DNA of 34,214 nucleotides from an uncultured Syntrophaceae bacterium (GTDB lineage: Bacteria > Desulfobacterota > Syntrophia > Syntrophales > UBA4778): positions 1 to 34,214 of the forward strand of contig CAZKYN010000002.1 in assembly GCA_964556675.1 (NCBI GenBank). Reading direction: 5' to 3'. This document shows positions 16,497 to 24,535 of this stretch, piece after piece. The notes beneath the pieces are model-generated. The model had not been told where the DNA came from. It saw only the letters and a program-made list of their open reading frames with translations, and did no database searches. The position numbers and the translations under genes are program-made. Each line of letters begins with the position of its first letter. Position 1 is the first letter of the stretch.

Positions 16497-16670
16497 ATGA
16501 GAATTCAAATTACATGGCTGAAACATAAAGAAATGTTTGCTGAAGCCGAGAAGCCAAGCCTTCCGCCTGATGCGAGTCCTCATTTCACCTTTCAGCGGGA
16601 GGCGATATTAAAAGACAGGAGGAGAGAAATGCAGCTTCGCGTTTACGGGCCGGGAGGCCCCCGGCTGTAA
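16497..16670 (+). CDS. possible 57-aa ORF below the track length cutoff (very uncertain)
   Basis: ATG 16497 to TAA 16668-16670 translates as MRIQITWLKHKEMFAEAEKPSLPPDASPHFTFQREAILKDRRREMQLRVYGPGGPRL. An internal AGGAGGAGAGAA precedes the in-frame ATG at 16629. No homology recognised. Confidence 0.2.
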   Translation: MRIQITWLKHKEMFAEAEKPSLPPDASPHFTFQREAILKDRRREMQLRVYGPGGPRL

Positions 16671-16719
16671 TTGCTGCAGCCCCCAACAGGGAAGGGGCCC
16701 GGAGCTTCCCGGATTTCCT

Positions 16720-16748
16720 GAAAACGGAAGAGGCGCATAGCGTCTTCC
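16720..16748 (-). terminator. terminator hairpin after the GT-C-like membrane protein gene
   Basis: CGGAAGA (16724-16730) pairs with TCTTCCG (16742-16748), with an inner short GCG/CGC stem. It is followed on the minus strand by UUUU, about 20 nt downstream of the stop at 16769. Confidence 0.5.
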
Positions 16749-16768
16749 GCAAATGGGGCTGGGAATAA

Positions 16769-18751
16769 TCACTTGCGCCAGTATGCGAAAGTGCCGATTC
16801 GGCAGAGCCTCGTGATACCTGTCTTTTTTATATATTCAAGAGCCTTAAAAGCAGCGCTCTCGTTGCACCCGAAATTCCAGAGCCGTTCATCGCCGTTCAT
16901 CAATTCATAGTTTGGGATTCCATCCGGACCGGGCATTTTCGCCCGGACTGATAAGGCGCCCGGTTCAAAGGATTGAATCTCCTCTCCGGGATAGGACCTC
17001 TCGGGGACCTCACCTGAAGCAAGCAGGAATGATGTGTTGCCGATAGTGTGCTTCCCGTCAATCCCGAAATGCCTGATAAACAGCAATGCGTTCACAGCAT
17101 AATTTTTCCGATTCTGGTTAAAATAGGCGATTATCCGGCGCGAGTTTGTCGCATCTATGATTGCCCACCTGTTCTGAAAATCAGTGATAATGAGGTCGCC
17201 GGGATTGAAACGGATTGTTTCCGGACGGTAATTCATTTTCTCGCGGCCCACCGTGTAAAGATAAAAAACCTCGTCCTTCATAACGCTTCGTGTAAACTCA
17301 GCCATCTTTTCCAGGCTTCCTCTTTCATGCGGCTCCAGCTCATAATTGAGCGCAACCAGGACCTTGTTTCCCTGCGCTTCCAGAATGTTTGCGGTCTGCA
17401 CTATTTCCGCCGGCTCGACAGTGCGCTGCCTGTCCCTGCTCCACGTAACGTAGCTCGCCATTTTTAAAGTCGATAAATGGTATACAGGTTTGTTCAGGTA
17501 TCCGGAAAGAGTGGTCAGGGGGTAATCCTCATCCCCGATAATCATGTGGTTTTCCAGACCCTGCTCCGCAATGAACTCCGCCGCTGACTTGCCGGCCGTG
17601 AACGGATAGGCCCAATCCAGAGATGATGCCATTGCGCCTCCGGTCACTTGCGCAATCAGGATAATTGGGACCAGGAGCCTGGCCGGCTCGGGCAGGTTCA
17701 GGTCTATCGGTCCGCGCGCCTTCCGGGATTGAGCCGCGAGTACCAGGCAAATCATAAAAATAATATACAGGTGGCCGAAATGGCGGATATTGGGGCTGTT
17801 GTAAACAAAAAAGGAAAAGGCCAGGATGGAAAACGAGCCGAAACAATATGTCAGAAAAACATTGCGCCTGCTGAAGAAAACTTTCATGGACAAGCCCAGT
17901 AAAGCGACGGAAAGGATGAACCGGACGATATTTCCGGAAATAAAATTGTCGTTCCAGAAATCCATCGCAAGGGGGGGAACGGGAACATAACTCTTCCATA
18001 TCGCGGTCATTACGGAAGCTATCCTCCTTCCGCAATGTTCAAGGTCAAAACCGACCAGGATGTCTACCGCCCGGTCGGCCGGCGGGGAAACGGAAACGGC
18101 CGAAAGGGCCGCCCCGGCCGCGATTATCAGGAAGCCCGACGCCAGCCGCAGGCCTGCTCCCGGCTCCGGATTTGATTTGAGAGTTTCGCGGGAATCCAGG
18201 GCTATATAGAATGCGAGCGTCGCCGCCACGATAATCCCGTACGCGCTCGTAAGGCTGAGAAGAAACAGCAGCGGCGCGGTCCGAAGATATTTTTTCCCTA
18301 CCGGTCCGGGAGACCTCATGATCAGCAGCAGGGCCGCATTGGTGAACAGGAAGCCCAGGGCGTAGTTTCTGACGATCGCCAGGAATTCAAAAATGGAGAA
18401 ATACCCGAATATGAGCAGCGCCTTAACCCGGCGCGGCACAGGGAAAAGCAGGATAATGTACGCGGACAGGCAAGCTGCAAGAAAATTGGACAGCTGCATG
18501 AAGAGGGGGTTTGCCGAGAACCCGGCCAGTGTGTAGAGGAGCAGGCCCCATAGCGGAGGATGTCCTTCATATCTCATTTTGCCCAACAAGTCCGTTATCG
18601 ACGCGCTTTCACGGGCGATGAAAAACGCCTGGAACTCATCCCTCCAGAGCTCGTGATGCCACATGTTGGTGAAACCGATGGCGGCAAAAAGCGCCAGGCA
18701 AATCCAATCCGGTCTCGTCAGGCCTGCGAATTTTGGGGCTCTCTTATCCAT
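16769..18751 (-). CDS. GT-C-fold glycosyltransferase-like polytopic membrane protein (ArnT/PMT, GT39/83-like) with soluble C-terminal extension
   Basis: Many predicted TM helices. The first-loop motif ELWRDEFQAFFIA followed by YEGHPPLWGLLLY resembles the DE...HPPL signatures of GT39/83 enzymes. The C-terminal ~280 aa are soluble. Start placed at ATG 18751 (MDKRAPKF...) because a TATAAT box sits 2 nt upstream of the longer ORF start at 18811. The start remains uncertain. Confidence 0.7.
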   Translation of the reverse strand: MDKRAPKFAGLTRPDWICLALFAAIGFTNMWHHELWRDEFQAFFIARESASITDLLGKMRYEGHPPLWGLLLYTLAGFSANPLFMQLSNFLAACLSAYIILLFPVPRRVKALLIFGYFSIFEFLAIVRNYALGFLFTNAALLLIMRSPGPVGKKYLRTAPLLFLLSLTSAYGIIVAATLAFYIALDSRETLKSNPEPGAGLRLASGFLIIAAGAALSAVSVSPPADRAVDILVGFDLEHCGRRIASVMTAIWKSYVPVPPLAMDFWNDNFISGNIVRFILSVALLGLSMKVFFSRRNVFLTYCFGSFSILAFSFFVYNSPNIRHFGHLYIIFMICLVLAAQSRKARGPIDLNLPEPARLLVPIILIAQVTGGAMASSLDWAYPFTAGKSAAEFIAEQGLENHMIIGDEDYPLTTLSGYLNKPVYHLSTLKMASYVTWSRDRQRTVEPAEIVQTANILEAQGNKVLVALNYELEPHERGSLEKMAEFTRSVMKDEVFYLYTVGREKMNYRPETIRFNPGDLIITDFQNRWAIIDATNSRRIIAYFNQNRKNYAVNALLFIRHFGIDGKHTIGNTSFLLASGEVPERSYPGEEIQSFEPGALSVRAKMPGPDGIPNYELMNGDERLWNFGCNESAAFKALEYIKKTGITRLCRIGTFAYWRK

Positions 18752-18953
18752 TTGTTTTTGAACTGGTTGAAACGCAATCGGGTGCAGCAAGGGGAAACCG
18801 CCGTGCTCCATGGATTATAATGAATACAGGCCCCGAAATGAATGTTGGAAACTCTGAATTTCCGCAAACAAAAGGAGGGCGGTAAATCAGGAATAAGATT
18901 ATGCAGGCCGGGCAGCCGTTATCGGAAACGGTTATATCCCGGGCCCGCAACGG

Positions 18954-21785
18954 TCAGGCGACATCAGGCAGGCTGAAATAGAATGTCGCCCCTTTGTTGG
19001 ATTTGCCCTTTGCCCATACCTGGCCTCCGAGCTTGTGCACAATGCGCTGGACGAGCGCGAGGCCGATACCGGAACCTTCGAACTGCGATTCGCTGTGGAG
19101 TCTCTGGAATGTCCCGAACAGCCTTTCATAGTCGCTCATCCTGAAGCCGATCCCGTTGTCGCGAACGTAATAGATCACCGAACCGTCTTGCCGGTACCCC
19201 CCGATTTCGATGCGCGGCAGCCGCTTCTTCCTCGTGAACTTCATTGCATTTGAAATCAGGTTTGCGAATACCTGCCTCAAAAGGACCGGGTCGCCCATGA
19301 CTGCCGGAAAGCTGTCGAATTTGAACCGGACGTTCTTTTTCGTTTTCTGCAGGTCCCAGCGCTGCAGGATGTCCTTGACAATCCGGTTTACGTTCAAGTT
19401 CGAAGAGTTGATCTCCTGGCTGGAGATCCTGGCCAGCGACAGCAGGCCCTGGATGAGGTCCTCCATCGCCTTCGTGTTTTTCAGGATGAGGTTGAAGAAT
19501 TTGAAGCCCTGGCTGTCCAGGCTGTCCGAGTGCTCCTTCAGGATGATCTCCGCAAACTGGTGGACGGCACGAAGCGGGTACCGCAGGTCGTGTGATATGG
19601 AATAGCTGAAGCTCTCCAGTTCCCGGTTTATCTCCTCGAGCTGCTTTTTCCGGTTCTCGGCTTCGATCGCCCTCTTGCGGGCTTCCGCAGTGATCTCCCG
19701 GAGTTTCTCCTCGCCGCGCTTGCGTTTAGTTATATCGCTGAAAATAGTTATGTTCTTCAGGACGCCTTCGCGGTCCCGGAAGACTCGGCTTGACACCTCG
19801 ACGGGAAAAGGTGACATATCCGGGTGGAAGAAAGTCAATTCACCGCGGAAAAAGCCGTCCTCGTTGCGCATTTTTATCGCCCTTATGAGCCGGGGGTCCT
19901 TTTCATCCATGAACCCCCGGCGCCCTATCCGGCGTAATTCTTCTGCGGAGCGTCCCAGCAGGCGGCAGGCCTCGGGATTTGCCGACAGGATATTTCCGTC
20001 CGATTGCGTGACAAAAATTCCTTCCATGCTGTTCTCAAAGATGGCGCGGTATTTCTCTTCGCTCTCCCGCAGGGCGTCTTCGGCGCGACGCTGCTCCGTA
20101 ATGTCGGTCACGCCTCCGAACAGCTCCACGACCTCGCCGTTCTCATCGTACTGGAAATAGATCAGGTCCCGCACGAGCCTGTACTGCCCGCTGCTGTTCC
20201 TGATCCTGTATTCGAACGTATGGCTCTGTTCTTTACGGGCGTGCGATTCCTGCAATTCCCGTGCTGTCGCCTCCAGGTCGTCGGGATGGATAAGGCTGAG
20301 CCACCACTCAAAACTTGGCCTTTCGGGTTCATCGATCCCGAGCAGTTCCTTCGCCCCGTGCGCTCCCCGGACAGTGCCCGATTTCAGATCGAGATCATAA
20401 ACGGCCGCGTGCGCCGCTTCGGAAACAAAGCGAAACCGCTTTTCGCTCTGGAACAGCGCCTCTTCGGCGCACTTCCTCTCTGTTATGTCCTGAAAATAGA
20501 TGGAGAGGCCTTCGGATGAAGGATAGCCGTGGATCTCCAGCCATACTGCCATTGACGGTATGAACTCCTCGAAATGGACGGGTTTTGACTGGTCCATGGC
20601 CATGATCATGTCCTGGAAATGGCGGAAGCCGTCCGAACCCGGCATCAGGTCGCAAAGCGTCCTGCCCATCACCTGGTCACGGGGGATATGGAAGATCCTG
20701 GCCGCGGATTCGTTAACGTAGTTGAAGCGCCAGTGCCTGTCCACGGCCACGAACCCGTCCGTTATGCTCTCCAGGGTCGAGATGAGCCGCTGATGCGTTT
20801 GCCCCAGTTTTTCCTCTGCTTCCTTGCGGGCCGTTACGTCCCTGGTGACTCCGCGGTAGCCGAGCAGAACCCCTTCCGCATTGAAGTACGGCGCGGCGTT
20901 GGTTTCCGCGATGACCCTGCGGCCTTCCTTGTGGACCAGCGGGACTTCGATGGAATTGATCCTGCCTTCCTGCCTTATCGTGTTAAGGAGGGAGTCCCGG
21001 ATTTCAGCGGCATTTTCCGGGGCAAACAGTTCGGAGGGCATGCGGCCCTCCAGTTCCGCCGGGTCATACCCCAGGATATTTTTAAGCCTGCTGCTGGTAT
21101 AAGTGATCCTGCCGTCGGCGGCCGTCTCGAAGATTATGTCATCGACCTTCTCTACCATGTCGTAGTATTTTTTACGGCTCTCGATCAATTCCTCGTTTGC
21201 CCGGGACAGGTCCTCCGCCAGTTTTCTCAGGTCCTCCCGGGAGGAAATCAGTTCAGCTTCTGATTTCTTTCTTGCGGTTATGTCCTGGAGAAAGACCGCC
21301 AGGCCTTCGGGTGTGGGATATACGTGGCATTCCAGCCAGATATTAAGCGGCTCGGGATAAAATTCCTCGAAATGGACGGGAGTATTTTCCTTGATGGCCC
21401 GGTGGAATTCAGGATTGAATTTCAGGTGCCTGGTCTGGGAGCAGATCTCCCATCCCACCTGGCCCATCAATTCTTCGCGTTTCCTGCGCAGGATCCGGCA
21501 GGCTTTCTCATTTATGTAAAGGCAGCGCCATTTCCTGTCACAGAAAAAGAAACCGTCGGAAATGTGCTCCGCCTTTATTGAAAATTCCGAGTGATCTATG
21601 CCGGCCGGAGGCGCCGCCAGAGGTGCGGTTCCATTTTTCCTGCTCATATCTGCAACTATACGCTCCTGCACGGCCAGGGCCTGCTTGAGCCTGGCATTTT
21701 CGTCCCTGAGCTTCAACAACTCCGGATCGTGCCATTGCGGCTTCGCCGAGTGACGGTCTGGATGGCTGGTCTTTTTGATACCCAT
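18954..21785 (-). CDS. cytoplasmic multi-PAS sensor histidine kinase (five PAS modules + HisKA + HATPase_c)
   Basis: No TM segments. Five PAS-like modules each end in D(I/V)T(x)RK(x)xE linkers. H-box is SHDLRYPLRAV, N-box NLISNAMKF, G-boxes DNGIGF and GSGIGLALV. Start preferred at ATG 21785 (MGIKKTSHP...). Confidence 0.95.
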   Translation of the reverse strand: MGIKKTSHPDRHSAKPQWHDPELLKLRDENARLKQALAVQERIVADMSRKNGTAPLAAPPAGIDHSEFSIKAEHISDGFFFCDRKWRCLYINEKACRILRRKREELMGQVGWEICSQTRHLKFNPEFHRAIKENTPVHFEEFYPEPLNIWLECHVYPTPEGLAVFLQDITARKKSEAELISSREDLRKLAEDLSRANEELIESRKKYYDMVEKVDDIIFETAADGRITYTSSRLKNILGYDPAELEGRMPSELFAPENAAEIRDSLLNTIRQEGRINSIEVPLVHKEGRRVIAETNAAPYFNAEGVLLGYRGVTRDVTARKEAEEKLGQTHQRLISTLESITDGFVAVDRHWRFNYVNESAARIFHIPRDQVMGRTLCDLMPGSDGFRHFQDMIMAMDQSKPVHFEEFIPSMAVWLEIHGYPSSEGLSIYFQDITERKCAEEALFQSEKRFRFVSEAAHAAVYDLDLKSGTVRGAHGAKELLGIDEPERPSFEWWLSLIHPDDLEATARELQESHARKEQSHTFEYRIRNSSGQYRLVRDLIYFQYDENGEVVELFGGVTDITEQRRAEDALRESEEKYRAIFENSMEGIFVTQSDGNILSANPEACRLLGRSAEELRRIGRRGFMDEKDPRLIRAIKMRNEDGFFRGELTFFHPDMSPFPVEVSSRVFRDREGVLKNITIFSDITKRKRGEEKLREITAEARKRAIEAENRKKQLEEINRELESFSYSISHDLRYPLRAVHQFAEIILKEHSDSLDSQGFKFFNLILKNTKAMEDLIQGLLSLARISSQEINSSNLNVNRIVKDILQRWDLQKTKKNVRFKFDSFPAVMGDPVLLRQVFANLISNAMKFTRKKRLPRIEIGGYRQDGSVIYYVRDNGIGFRMSDYERLFGTFQRLHSESQFEGSGIGLALVQRIVHKLGGQVWAKGKSNKGATFYFSLPDVA

Positions 21786-21875
21786 GAGATTCCTGGCTTT
21801 GCCTTTTGCGTATATTTGTGAATAAAAGTAAGCACTTATACACAAAAAGCCAAGATCGCTCTATCAGGGAAACTC

Positions 21876-22445
21876 TTATTTGGGACTGCCGGAACCCTTA
21901 GGAGATAAAGCCGTTTCCGTCCTGGGGAACTTGATTTCCAGGTATTTGCCTATCAGGATAGCGGCCGGATAAAGCACCTGTTCCTCGTTCCGGGCATGAA
22001 GGATCAAATCAGAGGAGAATGCGGCAAATTCAGGCTTGTCCTCATCTCGTGCAGCGGAGGCAAGTTTTTTCAAGGATTGGACGATTTGTTCGTGTTCCTG
22101 GAGCATTCTTTTGTAATTTTCCCTCAGCCGGTTTGCAAGGGGAATGGCATCCGCCATTTGAGGGTCCAGTTCTCCCTGCGAAAGCGGGACCAGCAATCCC
22201 AACGGCGGCAGGGCATACTCCTCCTCCTCTATAAAATGCGGCCGCAGTACCTTTTCGACTTCCCCCGCTGCTGCCGCGGTCTTGCCGCCGGCATTGACCG
22301 CTTTTTCCAGTGTCGTATGCAGCTTTTCGTGCTCGGCCTTCAGGGCCGGGGGAATGCCGATCATATCCTCTCCTGCTCCGCTGCTTTGACTGGGAGAAAA
22401 AAAGAACAATATCGAAATGGACACGGCTATGAGTTTAAGTTTCAT
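21876..22445 (-). CDS. secreted hemerythrin-like (HHE cation-binding) domain protein
   Basis: SD AAGGAG 8 nt upstream and signal peptide MKLKLIAVSISILFFFSPSQS. Has spaced His/Glu motifs typical of hemerythrin-like four-helix bundles (EHEKLH, HFIEEEEYALP, EHEQI, HARNEEQVLYP). Confidence 0.7.
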   Translation of the reverse strand: MKLKLIAVSISILFFFSPSQSSGAGEDMIGIPPALKAEHEKLHTTLEKAVNAGGKTAAAAGEVEKVLRPHFIEEEEYALPPLGLLVPLSQGELDPQMADAIPLANRLRENYKRMLQEHEQIVQSLKKLASAARDEDKPEFAAFSSDLILHARNEEQVLYPAAILIGKYLEIKFPRTETALSPKGSGSPK

Positions 22446-22569
22446 TTCTGAAGCTCCTTTTTTCCAAGATTAAATGATCCCGAACAGATTTGCCATCAGG
22501 TAATAATGCAATTATCTCAAGCGATAAACCTGATCCGCGCCTGCGTGAATTTTTCTTTTCTCAACCATA

Positions 22570-22583
22570 GTTCCGGTATATAA
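22570..22583 (+). promoter_or_regulatory. conserved GTTCCGGTATATAA box exactly 8 nt upstream of the first kup start codon
   Basis: The identical 14-mer recurs at 24514-24527 with the same 8-nt distance to the second kup ATG. It contains a -10-like TATATAA. No clear SD lies between the box and the ATG. Confidence 0.4.
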
Positions 22584-22591
22584 CCCCGCAG

Positions 22592-24418
22592 ATGAGAGAA
22601 TTATTCAAAGCAGCCCCCGGGGAGTCTTATTGGGGCGGGGTCATCAAATCCATGGGGCTTGTCTTCGGCGATATCGGGACCAGCCCAATTTATACATTGA
22701 CAGTAATTTTTGCCTTGAGCAGGCCGACCCCCGACCATGTCTTCGGCATAATTTCCCTGATCTTCTGGACTTTGGCGCTGCTGGTGACAGTGCAGTACGC
22801 GTGGCTCGCCATGAGCCTCGGCTACAAGGGGCAGGGGGGCGGGATCATGCTGCGGGAAACCCTCCTGCGTGTAGTGAAAAAAGGGCGCGCGGTTTCCGCC
22901 GCGAGTTTCATTGCCTATATCGGCGTGTCGCTGCTGCTGGGAGACGGGGTCATAACTCCCGCAATAAGCATCCTGTCAGCCGTTGAAGGTACCCTGCTCA
23001 TCCCGGGCCTGGAAAATACCGGACAGCACTACCTGATCCTGATTGCGGCGATCATCGCCTTGGGCCTTTTTTCAATCCAGCACCGCGGAACGGACAAGGT
23101 TGCCTGGACTTTCGGGCCGATCATGGTGCTTTGGTTCGCGGCGCTCGCGCTCTCCGGCGCCCTCTCAATGCTATCCCGGCCGGAGATAATAAAGGTGGTG
23201 AACCCGTTCTGCGCCATAGACTACATGGTCCATAACGGGTTTGCAGGTTTTGTTGTCCTGTCCGAAGTAATCCTGTGCGCCACCGGCGCCGAGGCAATGT
23301 TTGCCGACATGGGACACCTGGGCCGCTGGCCGATCCTCCGGGCGTGGATGTTCGTCTTCGCGGCGATTTTCCTCAACTACATGGGGCAGGGGACCTTCGC
23401 GATGGCGCACCCCGAGGCGAAGAATATACTCTTCAGCATGGTCCAGCATGAGGCGCCTCTTCTTTACATACCCTTCCTGATCCTGACGATCATCGCAACA
23501 ATTATAGCATCCCAGGCCATCATCAGCGGGGTATTTTCGATTGTTTACCAGGGGATTACTACGCGCATCATGCCGATGTTCAAGGTAAGCTATACCTCCA
23601 GCGAACTTGAATCGCAGATCTACATCGGCGCCGTCAACTGGTTCCTCCTGATTTGTGTCCTGTTTGTGATGCTCATTTTCAAAAGCTCGGCAAACCTGGC
23701 GGCCGCGTACGGCCTTGCCGTCATGGGTTCCATGACTGCCGAGACAATGCTGATGATCCTGATCCTCACCCGTGTCCAGAGATGGAAACTCCCGATTGCC
23801 CTGGGAATCTTTATCCTGGATTTCATTTACCTGTCGTCCACGCTGACGAAGGTCCCCGAGGGGGCCTACTGGTCGCTCATCATCGCCTCCATCCCCCTTG
23901 TGACGATGTTGATCTACATTGAGGGGCAGAAGCTCCTTTTCCGCTCCCTGAGGCCGCTTGATATCGATACTTTCCTGGTGAGCTACGAGCAGATATACGC
24001 CAGGCTCAGGATCCCGGGGACGGCGCTTTTTTTCACCAGAAGCTGGAATGTCGTTCCCCCTTATGTGATCCATTGCATCCTGAGGAGCAACATCATTTAC
24101 GAGAACAATATCTTTATTTCCATTTTGCGGACAGAGGATCCCTTCGGAGTCGACGTGAAATGGCGCAAGGGGATCGGGACCGGCCTGTCGAGCTTCGAGA
24201 TACTCGCGGGCTACCGGGAAGTCCTGGATATAGAGTCCATCCTGAACGCCAACGGCATATACGAAAAGGTTATCTTTTACGGCATTGAGGACATCGTAAC
24301 CAGCAACCCCATCTGGCTGATCTTCAGCTTCATCAAAAAGAACACCCCCAATTTCGTGCAATTTTACAAGCTGCCGCAGAGCAAGCTCCAGGGTACGGTG
24401 ACCCGCCTCGAGATATAG
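22592..24418 (+). CDS. kup: KUP/HAK/KT family potassium transporter, copy 1
   Basis: 608 aa with the hallmark GDIGTSPIYT motif near the N-terminus, a polytopic membrane domain and a C-terminal cytoplasmic domain. Confidence 0.97.
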   Translation: MRELFKAAPGESYWGGVIKSMGLVFGDIGTSPIYTLTVIFALSRPTPDHVFGIISLIFWTLALLVTVQYAWLAMSLGYKGQGGGIMLRETLLRVVKKGRAVSAASFIAYIGVSLLLGDGVITPAISILSAVEGTLLIPGLENTGQHYLILIAAIIALGLFSIQHRGTDKVAWTFGPIMVLWFAALALSGALSMLSRPEIIKVVNPFCAIDYMVHNGFAGFVVLSEVILCATGAEAMFADMGHLGRWPILRAWMFVFAAIFLNYMGQGTFAMAHPEAKNILFSMVQHEAPLLYIPFLILTIIATIIASQAIISGVFSIVYQGITTRIMPMFKVSYTSSELESQIYIGAVNWFLLICVLFVMLIFKSSANLAAAYGLAVMGSMTAETMLMILILTRVQRWKLPIALGIFILDFIYLSSTLTKVPEGAYWSLIIASIPLVTMLIYIEGQKLLFRSLRPLDIDTFLVSYEQIYARLRIPGTALFFTRSWNVVPPYVIHCILRSNIIYENNIFISILRTEDPFGVDVKWRKGIGTGLSSFEILAGYREVLDIESILNANGIYEKVIFYGIEDIVTSNPIWLIFSFIKKNTPNFVQFYKLPQSKLQGTVTRLEI

Positions 24419-24513
24419 GGTACGGTAAATCACGCCTGCCCCCTCCGGCACAGGCGGGGAAAGCTACATTATTGTCGCGCTAACTGTCTGAAATTCACGT
24501 TGTTTTCAGGTTT

Positions 24514-24527
24514 GTTCCGGTATATAA
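24514..24527 (+). promoter_or_regulatory. second copy of the GTTCCGGTATATAA box, 8 nt upstream of the second kup start codon
   Basis: Identical 14-mer to 22570-22583, and the ATG at 24536 follows after 8 nt (GCGCGGGA). Confidence 0.4.
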
Positions 24528-24535
24528 GCGCGGGA

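Noticed and set aside
19035-21821. Series of 70-214-aa plus-strand ORFs inside the histidine kinase gene
   Set aside because: All are antisense to a continuous 943-aa kinase frame with H, N and G boxes. None has an SD or a motif.
23171-24451. 426-aa ORF antisense to kup copy 1 (and the analogous 320-aa ORF 25541-26503 antisense to copy 2)
   Set aside because: The translations are low-complexity and Arg/Gly/Asp/His/Pro-rich with no motifs. The plus-strand Kup reading frames are unambiguous. Long antisense ORFs are expected in GC3-rich genes.
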